The translations under genes were made by a program, and so were the position numbers. This document shows positions 23,901 through 36,037 of a DNA stretch of 64,000 nt, in pieces; the first letter of the stretch is position 1, and each line of letters begins with the position of its first letter. Below the pieces are notes generated by a model. That model saw only the letters and a list, made by a program, of their open reading frames with translations. It was not told the origin of the DNA and did no database searches. The DNA is from Raillietiella orientalis (lineage: Eukaryota): assembly GCA_036172245.1 (NCBI GenBank), contig JAYWIR010000002.1, forward strand, positions 5,456,001 through 5,520,000. Direction: 5' to 3'.

Positions 23901-26900
23901 GCCCTTCGACTTTCTTCTTTTTTGATGCTTTGGCAGGAGCGCGGCAGCGGTCGCACGCCAGATGCACCGAAGCCCGTCCGGCCATGCGCGGATGCCTCCC
24001 TCGCCCCAGGCAGGAACGCCCGGTTGGACCCGATCTGGCACCGCGCCGAAGAAAAGGTCCTGTCCATGAACCGAAGAGTCCTGCCCGCGCCACCTATGGA
24101 ACGCAAGAACTGAGCCACGAGGCGAGTCGGTGGAGGCGACAGCACGTGAGCGAGCTCGTGAGAAGGCGAGCGTCTCCAGAAGGACTCCTCCAGTAGTCAC
24201 CCATCTCTGCGGTGCCGGTGTCGGACGCAGAGATAGTGTAGGATCTTTCTGGATTCAGAGTGCGCTCCGCGCCGCTGCTAGACGTCGCACTGGCGACGGG
24301 ACGCCACACCCGCGCTCGCCGAGTCAAGGCCACCCACGCACCCCTCACGCGAGAGGCGCACGCGCGTCCAGCGTGCCAAACTCACGCGACGCGCCTGCCT
24401 TGCTCACAGTATCAAAACAGAGCGGTGCGGAAAGAGTCGCCCGCTGGGAGGTGCGGACGGGGGGGGGGATGCTGAGGACGACCCGCTTGCGACCGGGGCT
24501 GAAGAAGGTTTTCGAGCGGGCCCTCGCTTAGGCGCGACCAGGTCAGCCCCAACGGGGCCCAAAACCGGCGCGGGATCAGGTGGATGCGCCTTTCTGCCCT
24601 CCCGGCGAAACTACGCGGGCGGCGCTTCCGTCGGGGTTTCGGACGACCATCGCGCCAACTGCGGCCACGAGCGCGTTCGCCTCCTCCTTGGTCACGCTGA
24701 AAGCCGCCCCCACCTTCGAGGCGGAACGAAACGCGTGGGGCCGAGTACGCGCTCCCTTCGAACGCCCCAGGGCGGCGCGATGCGGAGACATCCCCGGCGC
24801 GCGATCCCCGCGTGGGTCCACCTGCGCGCGTAAGAAACGGCCGCCCCGCCTGGATCTGCCGGAGCAGCTTGAAGGTCCGTGACGCCCCACTTGGCTCCAG
24901 GCGCGTGGCGGAAGTTCGGGGTGTCTGAAAGGCGCGGCGGGCGACAGGGACGGCACCCGCCGCCGGCTTCCTGGGAGCGCCATGGCTCCGCGCGCCGGTC
25001 GCTCCAAGGTTTGTTGTTGTTTCACCTGGTCCAGAAGGCCCACGCGGAGACCGTCCGCAGCGACAGCAGCTCGGCCGAAGCGAGAACCGCACGCGCCGCA
25101 GGACTCCGCTCCGTTCCTCCGGGACCGACTTCCAAATACCTTACGCTCGCGCTGGAGCGAAGCCCGGAGCGCGGCGCGTGCGCTTCGGGGCACAGATGCG
25201 CAAAACCACCGTTCCGATCGGTGACCACACGTCGCGTGGCGACGCGCAAACGTCCGTCACGCAATCGATCGGCACGACTCGCGCCGGATTCGCGCAAGAC
25301 GGACCTGACCACCGCGAGGAAAGGCGGGGTGGGGGTGGGGGTCGGAAATTGGTACGTGGTGGGTGAGGGGAAGATAACGCAAAGAGCAAGGCGCGCCCTT
25401 GGGAGCATCGGAGGTCGCTCTCCGGCTCGGAGGCAGCGAGCGAGAGCGCGTCCCAGACAAGGCGTCATCGTCCACGCGCCGAGAACGGCCGCAGCTCGTA
25501 GTGGTGCACGGCGGCGGCGGAAGGCGGGGGATGGGGTGGATGGGAGAAGAGAGGTTCACGGTTCGGTCGCCAGGGCGTCCCAGCTGACGCAACAATGGGG
25601 AGCCATCCGGCACGGCGACACGCGCGGTCCTCCCTTGCGCTCCCTCGCGGGCGATGGACGCGGTGGTCACCGCCGCGAAGAAGGAACACGCATTGGACCT
25701 CTCTACTAGGAGAAACTGCGCGCCTCCCCCCCCCCTTTCCACCCCCACAGCGCTCACCTCCCCGTCCGTAGAGATTAGAGAAGTCCGGCTGTGGTGCAGA
25801 TGCGGTTCTCCCGGGAGGCTGCTGCCGACGGACCGCGCCCTTCCGCCGAGCCGCTCACCAGCCCCAGAGGCTGTTGCCGCCTTCCTCTGGGACTCGGCGG
25901 AGTGGGAGTCGCCCTTCCCCCAAGTCAGTACGGGAGGGCAGCGATATCTCTGCGGCGGCCTGCGCACCCCTCATCTCCATCTCACCTCGCGCGTCACCAC
26001 CCGGTAGCCCTCCCGAGCAGGGCTACACTGTCCGAGGTGACCTCTGACGAAAAGCCCGCCTTCTCCGCCTGCAATGAGTCTGGCAGCTCCCGCCTGAGCC
26101 AGATGCTGGCAGAGGAAAGCAAAGCCCCCACCCCTGCCCCGCCTCACCTGCTAGCGTGCCGCGTTGCCCTCCAGGTACTGCGGGAACGTTCGTCCGCGTC
26201 CCTTCCCATCCGGCGGACGACCTCAGGAACGCCTCCGGACCCCTCTTCGCGCAGGGTGCCAGGCTGCTGCGATACGCTACGAGGTCGAGAGCGGCCTCCG
26301 CGACGGGGCAGTCGCCCGGCGTTTGCGGATGCCCTCGAGGTGGCCCCACCGCAAGGAGGCGCCCTGCGAAGAATGAGGATGACTCTCCCTCCCCCCCCCC
26401 GTCCCTCTGGAGCGATGAGAACGGTCCTCTTCCGCCCCGTTTCAGCCCTTGCCCCCTCCGTGCTCGTCGCGGGCGTTGGGGGTGCTCTCTGAGGATGGCC
26501 TGGCGGGGCGTCACGTCCCGCAGGCTGCGTTTCCTTTTGACGGGCAGATACCTCGGAACGACCAGGCTGCCAGGAGCATGAGAGCCGACTGCGTAGGAGA
26601 CTGGAGCCGGGATGGATCGCGGGTCCTCTGCGGCGCCAAGGGGAGCGCGCGGCGGTGGGATTGTCCTGCTTCCGGACGGGAGGAAGCCGAAGGGCCCGAG
26701 CGCCGGAGACCCCCGGAGGTCTGAGCTGCCGGCATAGCCCTGGAGCGCCACCCTTGCCTCCGTGACTGCGCGGGAGCTGCTCCGTGGCGCCCCTGAGGGA
26801 GAGGTCTTTGGCAGGGCGGAGACTCTGCGTGCCGAGGACCAATCAGGAGTCCAGTCGTGTTGCGGCTCATGAGTCCCCCCCTCCCCACAAGGAGCGACTC

Positions 26901-27999
26901 GGAGCCGAGGGACTCGCCCTCCGGGCATGTTGAACGAAGGCACCATTTCGATCCGGCCGAACGGAAGCGAATGGACAGCACCGCCGGTCTTGGATCGTCA
27001 GCGGAAGACTCCTCCTCCCCGGGGAAAACGGGGACTGACGGCCGGTGGAGGAGGCTGCCGAAAGAGCTGCCTCTTCGCCGGCTTCGCGGAGGGACGTTCC
27101 GCCGCCGGGGTGACCGCTGGGACGGAATAAGGGAAGCGGAAAGGTGCCTCCCCCTCCCCCGTACTCTGCCCAGGCGCCGACGCACTCCACCCGACTCGGC
27201 GGCTTCGGAAGACGACGACGACGCCCAGCGAAGGGAGAGGCAGGCGGGGTGAGTGCGACCGGCCATTCGGAATGCACCCATCCTACCCCCCACACGCCAA
27301 GTCGCCCACATCGTGCAGAAGTCGCCGGCACGGAGCTACCCGTTCCGTACCATTACGTCGCACGTGGCACTTACCACAGCACTGCACCGCGTGTGCACTA
27401 AGCGTGCTTGAGTTACCACTGGCAACGACGAAAAGACGAAACGCGAGCGTTCTGCTGCATATCACCAAAACATACACACATAATGTTCGCTGAGGGAGTA
27501 TTCCCTCTACGGAGCACGCCATTCGCAGCTCAGCGAGGGCGCGCGGGAAACGCGCGGGACGGAGAAACTGTGGGAACCCTCGTGGGTGGGGAGGACCCAA
27601 GTGACGGTGGCACGAGGCAGAACCGGCTGTGGGGCCCTTGACAACGAAGGGCGCGCGCGCACGACTGACGTCGGAGCGCCACCTGGAAGGAGGCGACCCG
27701 CCGCCCGCCGTCTTATCTCGTAACCCGCGAGCGCGCACGGCCCGGAACCGAATTCCCGCGGGGAAACCACCAGCAGCAGCGCTCCGCGGGCCAACCTGGA
27801 GCGAAAGAGGCCTCGAAGGATGACGCAGGGGCGCGTGTGTACGGACATCGCCCAGGTTCGAGTCTTCCCTTTCCGTTGCAGCTTTCCAGTTTTTTTTTTC
27901 TTTTGGTCCGCAAGGAGTGCGGAAGAACCACTCACCTCCCTGGAGGGGGAGGGAGTTACGGAGCTCTTGGACACCGTCTGCTCCACTCCATTCTCACGA

Positions 28000-28640
28000 G
28001 GGTGCGCGTGACTCTTCAAAGGTTGGGGGCGACCCCAGAGAGACCACCCTATGAATCCAAGAGGGCTCCGAAGGAGAGAGTCCTCCGTTCCCCCTACGCT
28101 TGGGAAGGAACCCTCGCTCTGGCTGTCTCCGGAGGACCCCCCAGAAGGGGACGCTCCTCCTTCCCTCCTCTGAAAAGAATCCCCCGAAGGGACGTTTCCC
28201 AGTTTCTCTTAAGGGAGCTGCTCGAAGGGGGCAGCGCCCTCCTCAACACTCTGAGGAGCCAACAACCCCCAAGGGGGGTATCAACCAGCTCCATGGTACG
28301 CAATGGAGGGTCCTCCTCCCCCTCACCCCCTGAGTGGGGAGGAAGGGAGGACTCCATTTTCCACAACCGGAGGGTAGCCCCGAAGGGAACCTGGAAACGC
28401 CCAGACAAGGAACCTGGAAGGTCAACTTCCTCTCCTGGACAGCCAAAGGGGGCATCCAGATTGGGGTTTCCTACTTCCACCGGTGCCGCACCTAAAGTGC
28501 CAGCTTCGTCCTGAAGAAGGGCTCGGAACCCCCACGACGCAGCTCCCGTGCTTGGCGTCGATCCTTCCCCGGGTGGAATTCGAACCCGTGACACTTGGCG
28601 CCTCCGCACGCAGAGATCCGTCTGCCAGAGCGGGCAGCAA
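28000..28640 (-). mobile_element. tRNA-like head followed by LINE ORF1-like relic (copy 1)
   Basis: A-box-like TGGCAGACGG (28627-28618), B-box GGTTCGAATTCC (28586-28575), then GAAPVEVGNP..GATLRLWK..PPLRTMELVD, homologous to the 56 kb copy. Confidence 0.6.
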
Positions 28641-29499
28641 GCGGATGTGGTCACCGCCGACTGATCGGCCAAACTTCGGCGAGAATCCCATCATCTGGAC
28701 GAGAGTTTTGCTCCGCCGACCACTCCTTGCTCTCCCACCCTTTCTTTTTTTTCTTCTTTTGGAGTCGCTCAGGATCCCGAACCCGACCTGGAACCCGTTT
28801 TTCCACAAGTCTGCATCCCGGACCAAAATCTTAGGGGCGACTGCAAAAGGACAGTCCGCCGGACTTTCACTGGCGCCTTCCGACTCTTCGCCCCGCGGCC
28901 AAACGGACGACGCAGACGTCAACGCTTGAAGGTGACCGGGTGCGTCCCGTGCGACGTGCGTCGAGGCGTCCCGCGCAGGAGGCATTCCGCTCGCGTGACC
29001 TCTGAGGCCCGACCACCCAGTCCGCTCGCGGCAGAGGCACCCCGCGAACACGCGCGGCATCTCCAGGGCGACAGACGACACGAGGTGGCGCGCGGAGCCC
29101 GGACCGCAACTCGCTACCCCCGGATGCGGCGCTCATGGGCGCCGCGCACACCGCCAGGAGCACGACGGTAAAGCGTCCCTGACGGACCGAGAATCACTGC
29201 CGCGCAAAGTCCGGGAACCCCGAGGGTTGCTGGCATGCACCGCGTTCTCTTCAGACCGCCACCGGCGCTACCCTGTCTCTAGGGCACAGCGCCGCCCCAC
29301 GAGGGTGTCCAGCCCGTAATCTGGACTTCGCGGCAGCAGATAGCTTGCATCGAAGCCCTCGCACGCAGGGAGAAGGGGAGGCCCCAGCAGACCCTTCCTT
29401 CGAGAAGCAGGTCCGCAGCTCCCCTTCTTCCCGGTGGTCACCCAGGCAGCGCGGGAACGACGCCCGGAACGATGGAAACGGCTGCCACTACCGCCAAAC

Positions 29500-31780
29500 C
29501 GAAAAAAAGTGCAGCGACTGTCAAAGGCGAGATGTCCCCAGGAAATGATGTCTTCGAAGCGAGAAGCCCAGGAGCAGGGTGGAACAGACCAACTTAGATG
29601 ACGTCATCCTTGTTTGCTCTGCTTATCTTGCGTGCAAGGCATTTCTGGGATGGAGCGCTAGTCCATGGTGGGCCAAAGCGGTCGGAGAAGGGCGAGTCCA
29701 CGGCAAACCGAAGCGAGAAGTTAAGTCCACCGCGTACCGAAGCGGTCAAGGCAGCGCGCATCGACTGCCTGAGGGCACTTGTTAAGACTTTCTCACTTCT
29801 CAGCGCCAGTAAACGGCGCTATGCAGGGCCGAGAGGGTTACAGAGGGAGTCGTAAAACGACCAGCCCAGATGCCGTCGCTTCCTCTCAGAACTCCCGTGG
29901 AAGGTTGCTGAAAACAAGGCAAGGAGACCCTTTCTCAGCGACGCATGAGTAATCCACGCTTTCTGTGCGGCCGAAAGATGATGACCACGAGACGCAGGAG
30001 GGGGAGACGAGTCGAGCGTCACTGAGCCCATCCTTGCTGGGGCCCCACGAAGGAAAGCAGCGGCGACTGCAGGTCGTCTTCGCGCTCTGTCTCTTGGCCT
30101 CCCCCACGCACTACACACCCAAGAAAAGCAGAAAGCGCACCTGCCGCGCAGGTGCACAGCTCCATGGGCTCCAGCCTGATGCTGCCAAGATGCAAATTCC
30201 AAAGAAGGCGTCTTATGGTGAACGATCTGATCGTAAACGTCAGGGGACGCAGCGCGCCGTTGTGAGTGCTCCAGGCCGCTGGGTCCTTGAGAGTCAAAAA
30301 CCTAAGCCCGTTGCGCAGGTCGACGAAGGTCTCGCGCGCGCCTCCCCGTATCGAGCTGCCTGGCGACCACCCGGGTTGCCCTCACCCCATTCCACGGGAT
30401 GTGATCTGCTTCTTGCGAAGGCGTGGTCCTCGCGACTGAGGGGACCGAGGCGGGCGTGGATGTCCGCGCGAAGGGACGCGCAGAGGAAGTTTGTTTCGCG
30501 GGTGACACCGGAGAGCACTTGGAAGACATCGCTCCCGTCGTTGGGAAAAAGAACGGCGTAAGAAAAGTGTCGTTCGTTCTTCCGCCGAGCTCCACAACTA
30601 TTGGAATTTGTGGACGCGCAGCCAGGGTCGGGCAGCTGCCAACCGCCGGCAATGGCCGACGCGGCTTCAGAGGTGCGCAGCTTCCGTGTGGGAAATTTCG
30701 CTCACCAGCGGGATCTGCGCACGACCGAACAGTCGAAACAAACGACGGACGGACTGGCAAACGCGGCTAAGGTGGCAATCCTGACAGCATTGGAAAAGTT
30801 CGCCGGTGCAAGCTGGCTGCCTCGCGCTCGAAGGCGACACTTCCGATTCCTCATGACTTTGCCAAGGACGATAACCTCGAAGAGGCGCGGGTCCGTTTGC
30901 GAATTGGGGTGACGGTCGGGAAGGATCCTTTCCCTCGGCACGTCGCCGCCGGGTTCGCCCACCTGTCGCAGAGGGTCTCGCTATTGCCGGTCCGCTGCTG
31001 CTGCTCCCTCCAGCTGTGAGGTGGAGGTCGGACGCCCACTGGCGCTGGGCGCGCAGGAGGCGAACGAAAGCTGCGTCGCCGGCCACTCTGCGAGCCGTGC
31101 GCGCCAACGCACCGCACGAGAGCCCGGCGAGGTCTTCTGGCAGCTACGAGTGGTAGTGAGTCGGTCGGGCGATTCCCCTACCCTCCCGTGCAAGCCTCCA
31201 CGGAAGCGGAGCCATCTTGAAGTCCTCGCCCGCTCGTGGTGTCAGCAGCACGCATGAAGCGGACGTCCGTTGCGGCGTCCGCTGTCCGTAGATTCTGACT
31301 CGCGTTCGACAGAGGGGCAGCTGCAACCGAGGGCGCTTGGGCCCTCGCAGGGAAATCTCGGCCGGGCTTTCGTCACGGGACACACGAGCCTCGGGCGTCC
31401 TCCATGACGTTTGGCAGGCCCGCCACCACGAGCCCGGAAAACCTGCGCGCGAGCTGGAAGACGAAGACGCTGCGAGGCGCTGAGGTTTCATCAGCCTTGG
31501 CAACCTTTCCCTGCTTGCTTGGCGTCAACCTCGTCTCTGCGGGGGTGAGCGTCCGCCGCATGCCCCGCCAAAGCACGGAGCGGACGCACTGGGGCCGCGC
31601 CTGGAAACGAAATCCCGACCGCCGCTGTCCCGCAAGCAAGCGATTCGGAAAGGCCGGACGCCTACCACGGCTGCTGAAAGCCCACGTTCCAGGCTGCGGG
31701 GGCGGAGGGCTGATGACGCCGCGCCCGCAGGCGCCGCGAATACCCGCCCCACACTGCCCCGCAGCCGGAGGGAAGTCCAC
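29500..31780 (+). mobile_element. Decayed L1/Tx1-like ORF2 relic converging on the RasGEF1 3' end
   Basis: SQKPKPVAQVDEGL (cf. DQEKAFDRVDHGF), ILTALEKFAGASWL (cf. L..FE.ASGL), APHCPAAG (zf-RVT start). Confidence 0.4.
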
Positions 31781-31784
31781 GGGA

Positions 31785-31790
31785 TTTATT
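31785..31790 (-). promoter_or_regulatory. Polyadenylation signal of the RasGEF1 gene
   Basis: AATAAA on the minus strand in an AT-rich patch shortly after the TAG at 31843. Confidence 0.6.
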
Positions 31791-31842
31791 TCGTAAAAAC
31801 GCAATGTGTCGATAAAAAATACCTCGGAGCAACAAAATAGGG

Positions 31843-33580
31843 CTATCGGAAGGGATTTTTCCTGGGGCAGAGATCAGTGGGATGCGACCCGCGGTGCGGC
31901 GGGGTAGGGTCACTTCAGGGATTTCATCCTCTCCCTCTCGAACGTGTTCTCAGGGTTCTCGCAGAGGAAGGACGCGCGCGCCAGTTCTGGAAGAGAGCGG
32001 GACGACGGACGCGGTTACGCGTCCTGCCGCGGGACCGCCTCGCTCACCGTCCTCCGAGAACACGTAGCAGGTCTGCAGCCGGTGGTGGAGGTCCATGTCC
32101 ATAGGGAAAGGGCACACGGCGCGCTGCCAGGCGACGAACTCCGAGACCTGGCGGGCCAGCTGCCAGCACTTTTCGAAGTTGATGTGGCCGTTGGGCAGTT
32201 TCCCCGCGCAACCCTCATTTAGGAAGTACAGGTCCTTCACCAGGAGGGAGAAGAAGGGAACGACGATGCGCTGCCCGTCGTCGCTAGCCCCCTGCCGGCG
32301 CCACAGAGCAGCCGCCAGCGTGGACCGGTAGCTCAGAAAGTTGCTGCTGGGTGCCATCTGCTGCTCGAGGACTTCCAGCTGGGCGGTCTGGACCTTGCTC
32401 CACTGGGGGAGGGGGGGAAAGGGAACAAACGCGCGCTACCCCTGGCACCCGCAGGGATCGCCCCTACCGTCTTCTTCAGCCGGGTGACGGAGGAGAGGTT
32501 GAGGCCCGCCAGCACCGCCATCAAAGAGTTGAAGTTGCCGATGTTGAAGCACTCCCTTCCCACTTCGATCCAGAATTCGATCGCCTTCACGCGGTGCTTC
32601 TTCTTGGGGCACTGCGCGGGCAGCGAACCGCGGGTGAGCCATGCGCGCGCGCGCGCGCGGCACGCACCTTGCATATGTTGGTCGCCACGAAGAAGCTCAA
32701 CCGGTTGAACCAGCCGACGTAGGTCTCCAGGTTTTTGGTCCGCTTCAGGTCGCGGAGGTCCACGCGGGAGCGGTTCTTCGCGAAGGCCTGCACGAATTCC
32801 TCCGGGCCGATGTGTGACAGCTGCTCCAGCTCGATGTGCGTCAGCTGTCGGGCCAGCTCGGCGGGGCTCGCGGAGAACGCCGGTGGCAGGTCGGCCTGCG
32901 CGCGCCTTGACTGGTACAGGGCGCCCGCCCTCGCCGAATCCCCGTCCTACCGGCGGCGGGTCGCGGCTCCTGTCGATCTCGAACTCCTTGATCAGGGATT
33001 CGTACTCCCGCAGCCGGGAGAGGCGGGTCTGGAGGTTGCGCAACATGCGCTCGATGCTGGCGTCGTGGCTCCTGCCGGACAGCAGCAGGCAGCGCTTGGT
33101 CACCGTGCCGAGGCACTCCATCAGGCGGTCGTCGCGGAAATCGTAGGGGAAGAACTCGGTCCACTCGGCGATCAGGCGGACCAAGTTCTTGGCCAGGGAC
33201 TGGAGCTTCGGAAGTGCGAAAAGAAGCGAGCTGCGGGAGCAGACCACTCACCTCTGAAGAGGGAGCATCCGGCGGCACGGCGCTCAGCTGGAAGATTCTT
33301 TGGAGGAGGTCACACGGCCGCAAGAACAAGCGGGAACAGAGGAGGAATGCGAACACGTAAGCGTGGTCAGGGTAGTAACGGGAAGATGGAACTAAGCGCG
33401 CTATCAGTTCTTCCAGTGACCCACTGACTAGATCGGGCTGACTATGGACTAGACACTGCGCGGCAGGTGAACACCGGGGCGGCGAGATGAGGGCTGGGGC
33501 AGACTTACGTCACTTTTGTCCGCGGAATGCTTCACGCTGTAGGGGGCGTCACTGCCGGGCGAGTCGGGAAAGACCGCTTC
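31843..33580 (-). CDS. RASGEF1B: Ras-GEF domain-containing family member 1 (RASGEF1A/B/C-like): REM + CDC25 core, 8 exons
   Basis: Exons 33580-33509, 33455-33252, 33205-32951, 32895-32668, 32611-32468, 32402-32048, 31986-31914, 31861-31843 are all joined by GT..AG introns of 46-65 nt and stay in frame. The peptide has RasGEF1 hallmarks: LVSGSLEELIARLVP..YYPDHAYVFAFLLCSRLF; EWTEFFPYDFRD; LARQLTHIELE; YVGWFNRLSFFVAT; ECFNIGNFNSLMA; VPFFSLLVKDLYFLNEG; NGHINFEK. AATAAA lies ~53 nt after the stop. No ATG in the core, so the start is upstream. Confidence 0.93.
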
Positions 33581-33975
33581 CTGAAACGAGAATAGGGCTG
33601 CACTGCGCGGCGGGGAAGGCGGAAGAGCTTCGAGAAGCGCGCAAGGCAGAAAACAGAGGTGGAGAGGCGTGTGATCTCTCGGTGGAGGAGGACACAAAGC
33701 GGAACAGCTCTAAGCCCCACTTGGTACCGGAAAAGAAAAAAAAAAAACATCAAAAGCCGATGTGCTCTCTAAGAGAAGAGGGGAAAAAAACCATTGGGGG
33801 TCACGGGAAGGAAGCCAGAGGTCACGGAAATCCAGGAAGCGATTCAAGGCAAGCACATTAGCGCAACGTCCCGCGCTGGCGACGCGGTGGGCAGCATACC
33901 GGGAATGACTTGTGGCCGTGAAGCACTTCCTCCTGGGAAAACTCGGAGCAGGGACGATGGCAAACTGACATACGC

Positions 33976-34010
33976 GCACACACACGCACACGCACACACA
34001 CACACACACA
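33976..34010. repeat. (CA)n microsatellite
   Basis: Interrupted CA run. Confidence 0.9.
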
Positions 34011-34559
34011 GAGAATCGCCTACACGTGTTCCTTCAGTAATTTCGAGATCAAAAAGTGAGCTAAGAGTGGCAGCACCTGAGAGTCTGCCGCCCCGCTCGT
34101 GTGAGCCGCGAGTTTTCCCGGAAGTGAAGGGAGAGGGGGGGAGGAAAGAGTTTCTCGACGGGATTTTCGCGTGCCTCCTGTGGGGAAACGAAGAGCAGGC
34201 GACCGCAACACGAACACGCGACCGGATGAAGCGCACCCCGTTTCCGCGTCGCTCTGACACGCGGCGGCACGCGCCGGCAGCGTGCTTACTGGGCGACCGC
34301 GAGCACGGGAGAAATCGCGCAACTCCAACCCGCGGGGCGAAGGAACGGAGCGGGGGAGAAATCGATGACGGCAAAAAGCGGAGGCGCAAGACCGATGCTC
34401 CACGGAGAAGACACGGCGCTCTTCCGCACGCCGGCGGCAAAGGGAGGCCGGCCTGACAGCCACTCTGCACACATCCCACGTCACCGGTCAGGAGGGGGTG
34501 GGTGGGGGGGCGCAAACAAGAAATATCCAAGGTACCGAAAGCAAGAAGAGCGGGTACGA

Positions 34560-34900
34560 GGCGGAGGAATCGTTTCCGAGACGAAATTTTCCGGCCCACC
34601 GGAGCACGACTGTGCAAACCAACGCTCCGGGATGCGGGAGAAGGGGGTGGTTGAGGAGGATCCCCAAAGCGACCGCGCCAGTTGTGCTGGATGGAGGCGT
34701 CACTAAATCAAGCTCGGGAACACGACGCGACGCTGTCTCCTTGAAGGGACCCCGTCGCACGGGAACATCCTTCGTTGTCTCGTGCTCGACATCCGAGCAA
34801 AACGCTACCACCTTGCGCACACAGCAAGTAAAGATGATGGAAAGCACCAGCAGGTTTCCAGGTCACAGGATGAGCCCTTTAGGGGCAACGTGGCGACGAT
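34560..34900 (+). mobile_element. Possible RTE-clade LINE C-terminal relic inside a RasGEF1 intron
   Basis: GWLRRIPK..VT..RFPGHRM (cf. WCLRRIL..VTN..RFFGHVMR). Confidence 0.25.
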
Positions 34901-35986
34901 AAAACAACAAAAATGATCGACCCATTCATAAAGCAAACGCACTGGCGCCGTGCACAGGTCGGGAAAAAGTTTCGGGACGCTCTTGTAGAGAAACACTGGA
35001 CCCAGCCGCTTCCCGGATCACAAAGAACCCTAACGTGAGAATGGAAGAGCACCACAAGAATGGTGAACTGGGGTTCGTGTGAAAAAAATTCAAGATGGAA
35101 CCCGAAGCACATCGCAAAGTGAATGCAATGGAAACGGCTGCTAGGAACCATTACGGAATCGGATGACGACCGGAATGGACGAGCAACACGTGATTGCGGG
35201 ATCACAGCTGCCAGCGCAGACGAACACGGAACGAATGACTATTGATTAACCTCGGAAACCTATCTGCTGCGCTCCCGAACGAAGAATCCCGAAGACACGT
35301 CCCGAAACGTTTTCGGAGGAGCAGCGGAATCAAAAACAGTGACATCCCGAGCGAAATAGGAACGCGGTGGCGCTGGGACACAGGCCGGAACACCACAACT
35401 CACACTATTCCTGAAACAACACACTGAAAGAAGCATCTAATTCGGCACGGTCCGTTCTGAACTTGCTATACGAAAGCAAAATCCACGGCAGCTGCTTACA
35501 CAGACGCACGACAATTCCCGATGCAACCTTCATCCCGGAAAAAGCTGTCGCAGGGCAACTCATGGGAGAAGGCAAAAAAAGAAGTTTGACGAGGAACCTT
35601 CAGCTGCAGGTCGAAATATCGGGGGACAGAGCGCAGCAGATAACATCGCAGATGTACTTTAAAAAAAAAAAAAAAAAAGGGACAACGAGCCGGTGTTGGG
35701 ACACTGATCCCCCCCCCCCTCCCTTAAAGCAGGAAAACAAACAGCAACAACTTCTCAACAAACTCGACGGGAACAAGGGCTAGGGCTAGGAGGTAAGGCA
35801 AACCCATGATAGCGGCAGCAGCAACCTTGGTCGCACAAATAGACAGCGCAGCACATCCACTGACGTCGGTCTCCTCGGCTGCTGGTTGCGAAGAGGAAAG
35901 ACCCTCCAGAGAAATTCCCAAGCGAGAGAGCAAGTCGTAGCCAAGGCAGCAAGTTGACACGCATGCAGAGAACAAACCTTACTTAC

Positions 35987-36037
35987 GTTTTGCAACGAAT
36001 CATCTGCATGGGTCGCTACAGTTCCGAAGATGGTGGG
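35987..36037 (-). CDS. Candidate 51-nt internal exon of the RasGEF1 gene (PTIFGTVATHADDSLQN)
   Basis: Branch-like CTGAT, TTTTAG acceptor and GTAAGT donor; phase 0-0 with no stop; same strand and between the two RasGEF segments. Confidence 0.45.

Noticed and set aside
28575..28635. Intact tRNA gene
   Set aside because: A- and B-box-like motifs are present, but I could not fold a full cloverleaf and no oligo-T terminator follows; treated as a tRNA-derived head
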